Below the pieces are notes generated by a model. It was not told the origin of the DNA, did no database searches, and saw only the letters and a program-made list of their open reading frames with translations. A DNA stretch of 8,843 nt, from NCBI GenBank assembly GCA_030704615.1, contig JAKLZA010000310.1, forward strand, positions 1-8,843. Direction: 5' to 3'. Below, in pieces: positions 7,803 to 8,843 of the stretch; the first letter of the stretch is position 1; every line of letters begins with the position of its first letter. The stretch comes from Takakia lepidozioides. Taxonomy: Eukaryota; Plantae; Bryophyta. The position numbers were made by a program, and so were the translations under genes.

Positions 7803-8843
7803 ATGGCTCCGAATTCCTACGCTATAGTTTGTTGTCCTCCGCAACTTGGGAGAGCCTGGATCCCAAACGAGGGAGGACTTTGCAGAGTGACTGAAACTTA
7901 CCTTTGTTCCAAATTCAAGCTCAAACCGGGCACAGTTTATTTGGAAGAAGAAAGGAAGGATGTTCCTGGACAGGTTGACGAGACCATTGTCGTGCTAGGT
8001 AACGACGGAGGTTGCGGAATCGAATGGCACGTTCCCCGTCAGACACCATCCTGTACCGAGCTGTGGGAATGCCCATTCCCTTTCCGAATCAGTCGCTGCC
8101 CACACCATCCACAAAGGAGTCCGGAAACCGACAGGCGGCCACTGCCAACAGAGAGGTATGCAACGATAATCATTCCCGACCTGGACCGTCAAGACCCTCC
8201 ATAGCTTCTCGTGTGGACGTATTCGACATTTCCGACGAGGAAGATGATTGCATTGAGGTACCCATGTCCTCCACACGGTCGTTCAAATCCGGCATGGACG
8301 TCTCTGTAGGTGCTACGCATGTGCCCTCGAGCATAACTCCAACCGGTCCATTGTGCAGCTCCTACGACAACATCACCTCGATGGTTCTCGCTCCGAGCTG
8401 GCTGCTCTCGACTATGCCAAATTCCCAGTCAGAAAGGTAACTTTTCTGCCTCCCGAAGTCGATGGCAGTGTCATCTTCGAGTTTCCACCTGTTTCTTCGT
8501 CAAACAAAGCCTCCGGGATGTTAACAGACATGGATCGAAAGCATGACGGACACCCCTGGTGTGTGACGAAGACCAGTAGCACGAAAATTGCTGATGGTGT
8601 TCGTGTACGATATGTCCTCTGTGCGGGGAAGCTGAGGTGCCTCAATCCCACCTGCTTCCACTTTCTCTCCAAAGGAGGCGGAGAAACGAGACGGATTGGA
8701 CTGGCACAACGCATCATCCATTCATTGTCTCCAGCCAAGCTCCTGCGGGTTCTTTCAAGTGTGCACATTGCAAAGAACCACCGACGTGCATGTCCATGTG
8801 CAGAGCCAAGCAATATTACGTAATCCATTTGCTCCGGACTTGA
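7803..8843 (+). pseudogene. 5' part of a gene with a GCM/WRKY-like zinc-binding DNA-binding domain, probably a Mutator-type transposase; frameshifted and likely continuing beyond the window
   Basis: The ATG at 7803 (MAPNSYAIV) starts four overlapping ORFs linked by three -1 shifts (~8030, ~8350, ~8680). The joined reading gives LDY...VTFLPPEVDGSVIFEFPP...MDRKHDGHPWCVTKTS...RYVLCAGKLRCLNPTC...NETDWTG...CAHCKEPPTCMSMCRA. The W..T......R...C.G...C....C...CxxC pattern parallels GCM (WAMRNTNNHN..ILKKSCLGVVVC). No DDE domain is visible within the window. Confidence 0.6.

Larger units (their letters stand above)
1..8843. mobile_element. Interior of a putative large DNA transposon (GCM/Mutator-like) carrying a ParB-MTase accessory gene; termini not visible
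   Basis: One palindrome ties together the region from 46 to 7385. A transposase-type DNA-binding domain lies divergent to an accessory gene. No TIR, TSD or catalytic domain is seen in the window. Confidence 0.5.

Noticed and set aside
8434-8442. Possible splice donor AAG|GTAACT
   Set aside because: The frame continues directly into the conserved-looking VTFLPP..DG.VIFEFPP segment, so no intron is needed.
1-8843. Window begins with ATG and ends with TGA, as if it were one plus-strand gene
   Set aside because: Splice signals and protein motifs over 338-5459 are on the minus strand. A single plus-strand model would have to span the antisense gene and the array. The final TGA falls within or just after the Cys-rich domain and may be another frameshift effect.
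7803-8843. Programmed -1 frameshifting or insertional RNA editing as the cause of the serial -1 shifts
   Set aside because: No consistent slippery heptamers are evident, and similar one-base losses occur in non-coding repeats. Sequencing error or decay is simpler.

Overview
This window is eukaryotic DNA: it has GT-AG introns with GTAAG/GTGAG donors and (T)GCAG acceptors, and is probably from a non-seed plant or streptophyte (inference). It reads as the interior of one large DNA-transposon-like element with two divergent genes. (1) On the minus strand, ~5459->338, is a gene of about 10 exons. Manual splicing gives an N-terminal ParB/Sulfiredoxin-like domain (VWDGNHRLLA) and a C-terminal beta-class amino (N4C/N6A) DNA methyltransferase-like domain (IILDIPDG ... 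VLDLICGTG^ASMWAGRFSDRHLFAYEED). (2) On the plus strand, from ~7803 and running off the window, is a gene with a GCM/WRKY-like Cys-rich DNA-binding domain of the kind found in Mutator-type transposases. Between them is a 1.5-kb array of ~27 copies of the palindrome CGGAAATGCGG-YR-CCGCATTTCCG at a tight ~53-bp period, with a ~265-bp five-unit higher-order repeat. The same palindrome occurs singly in three introns of the ParB-MTase gene and as three copies downstream of it, but never as a full copy in an exon. Its half-site CCGCAT matches the core of the known GCM binding site. Both genes carry many frameshifts, mostly -1, which may be sequencing indels or decay. Domain calls come from motif recognition only; no database searches were run.
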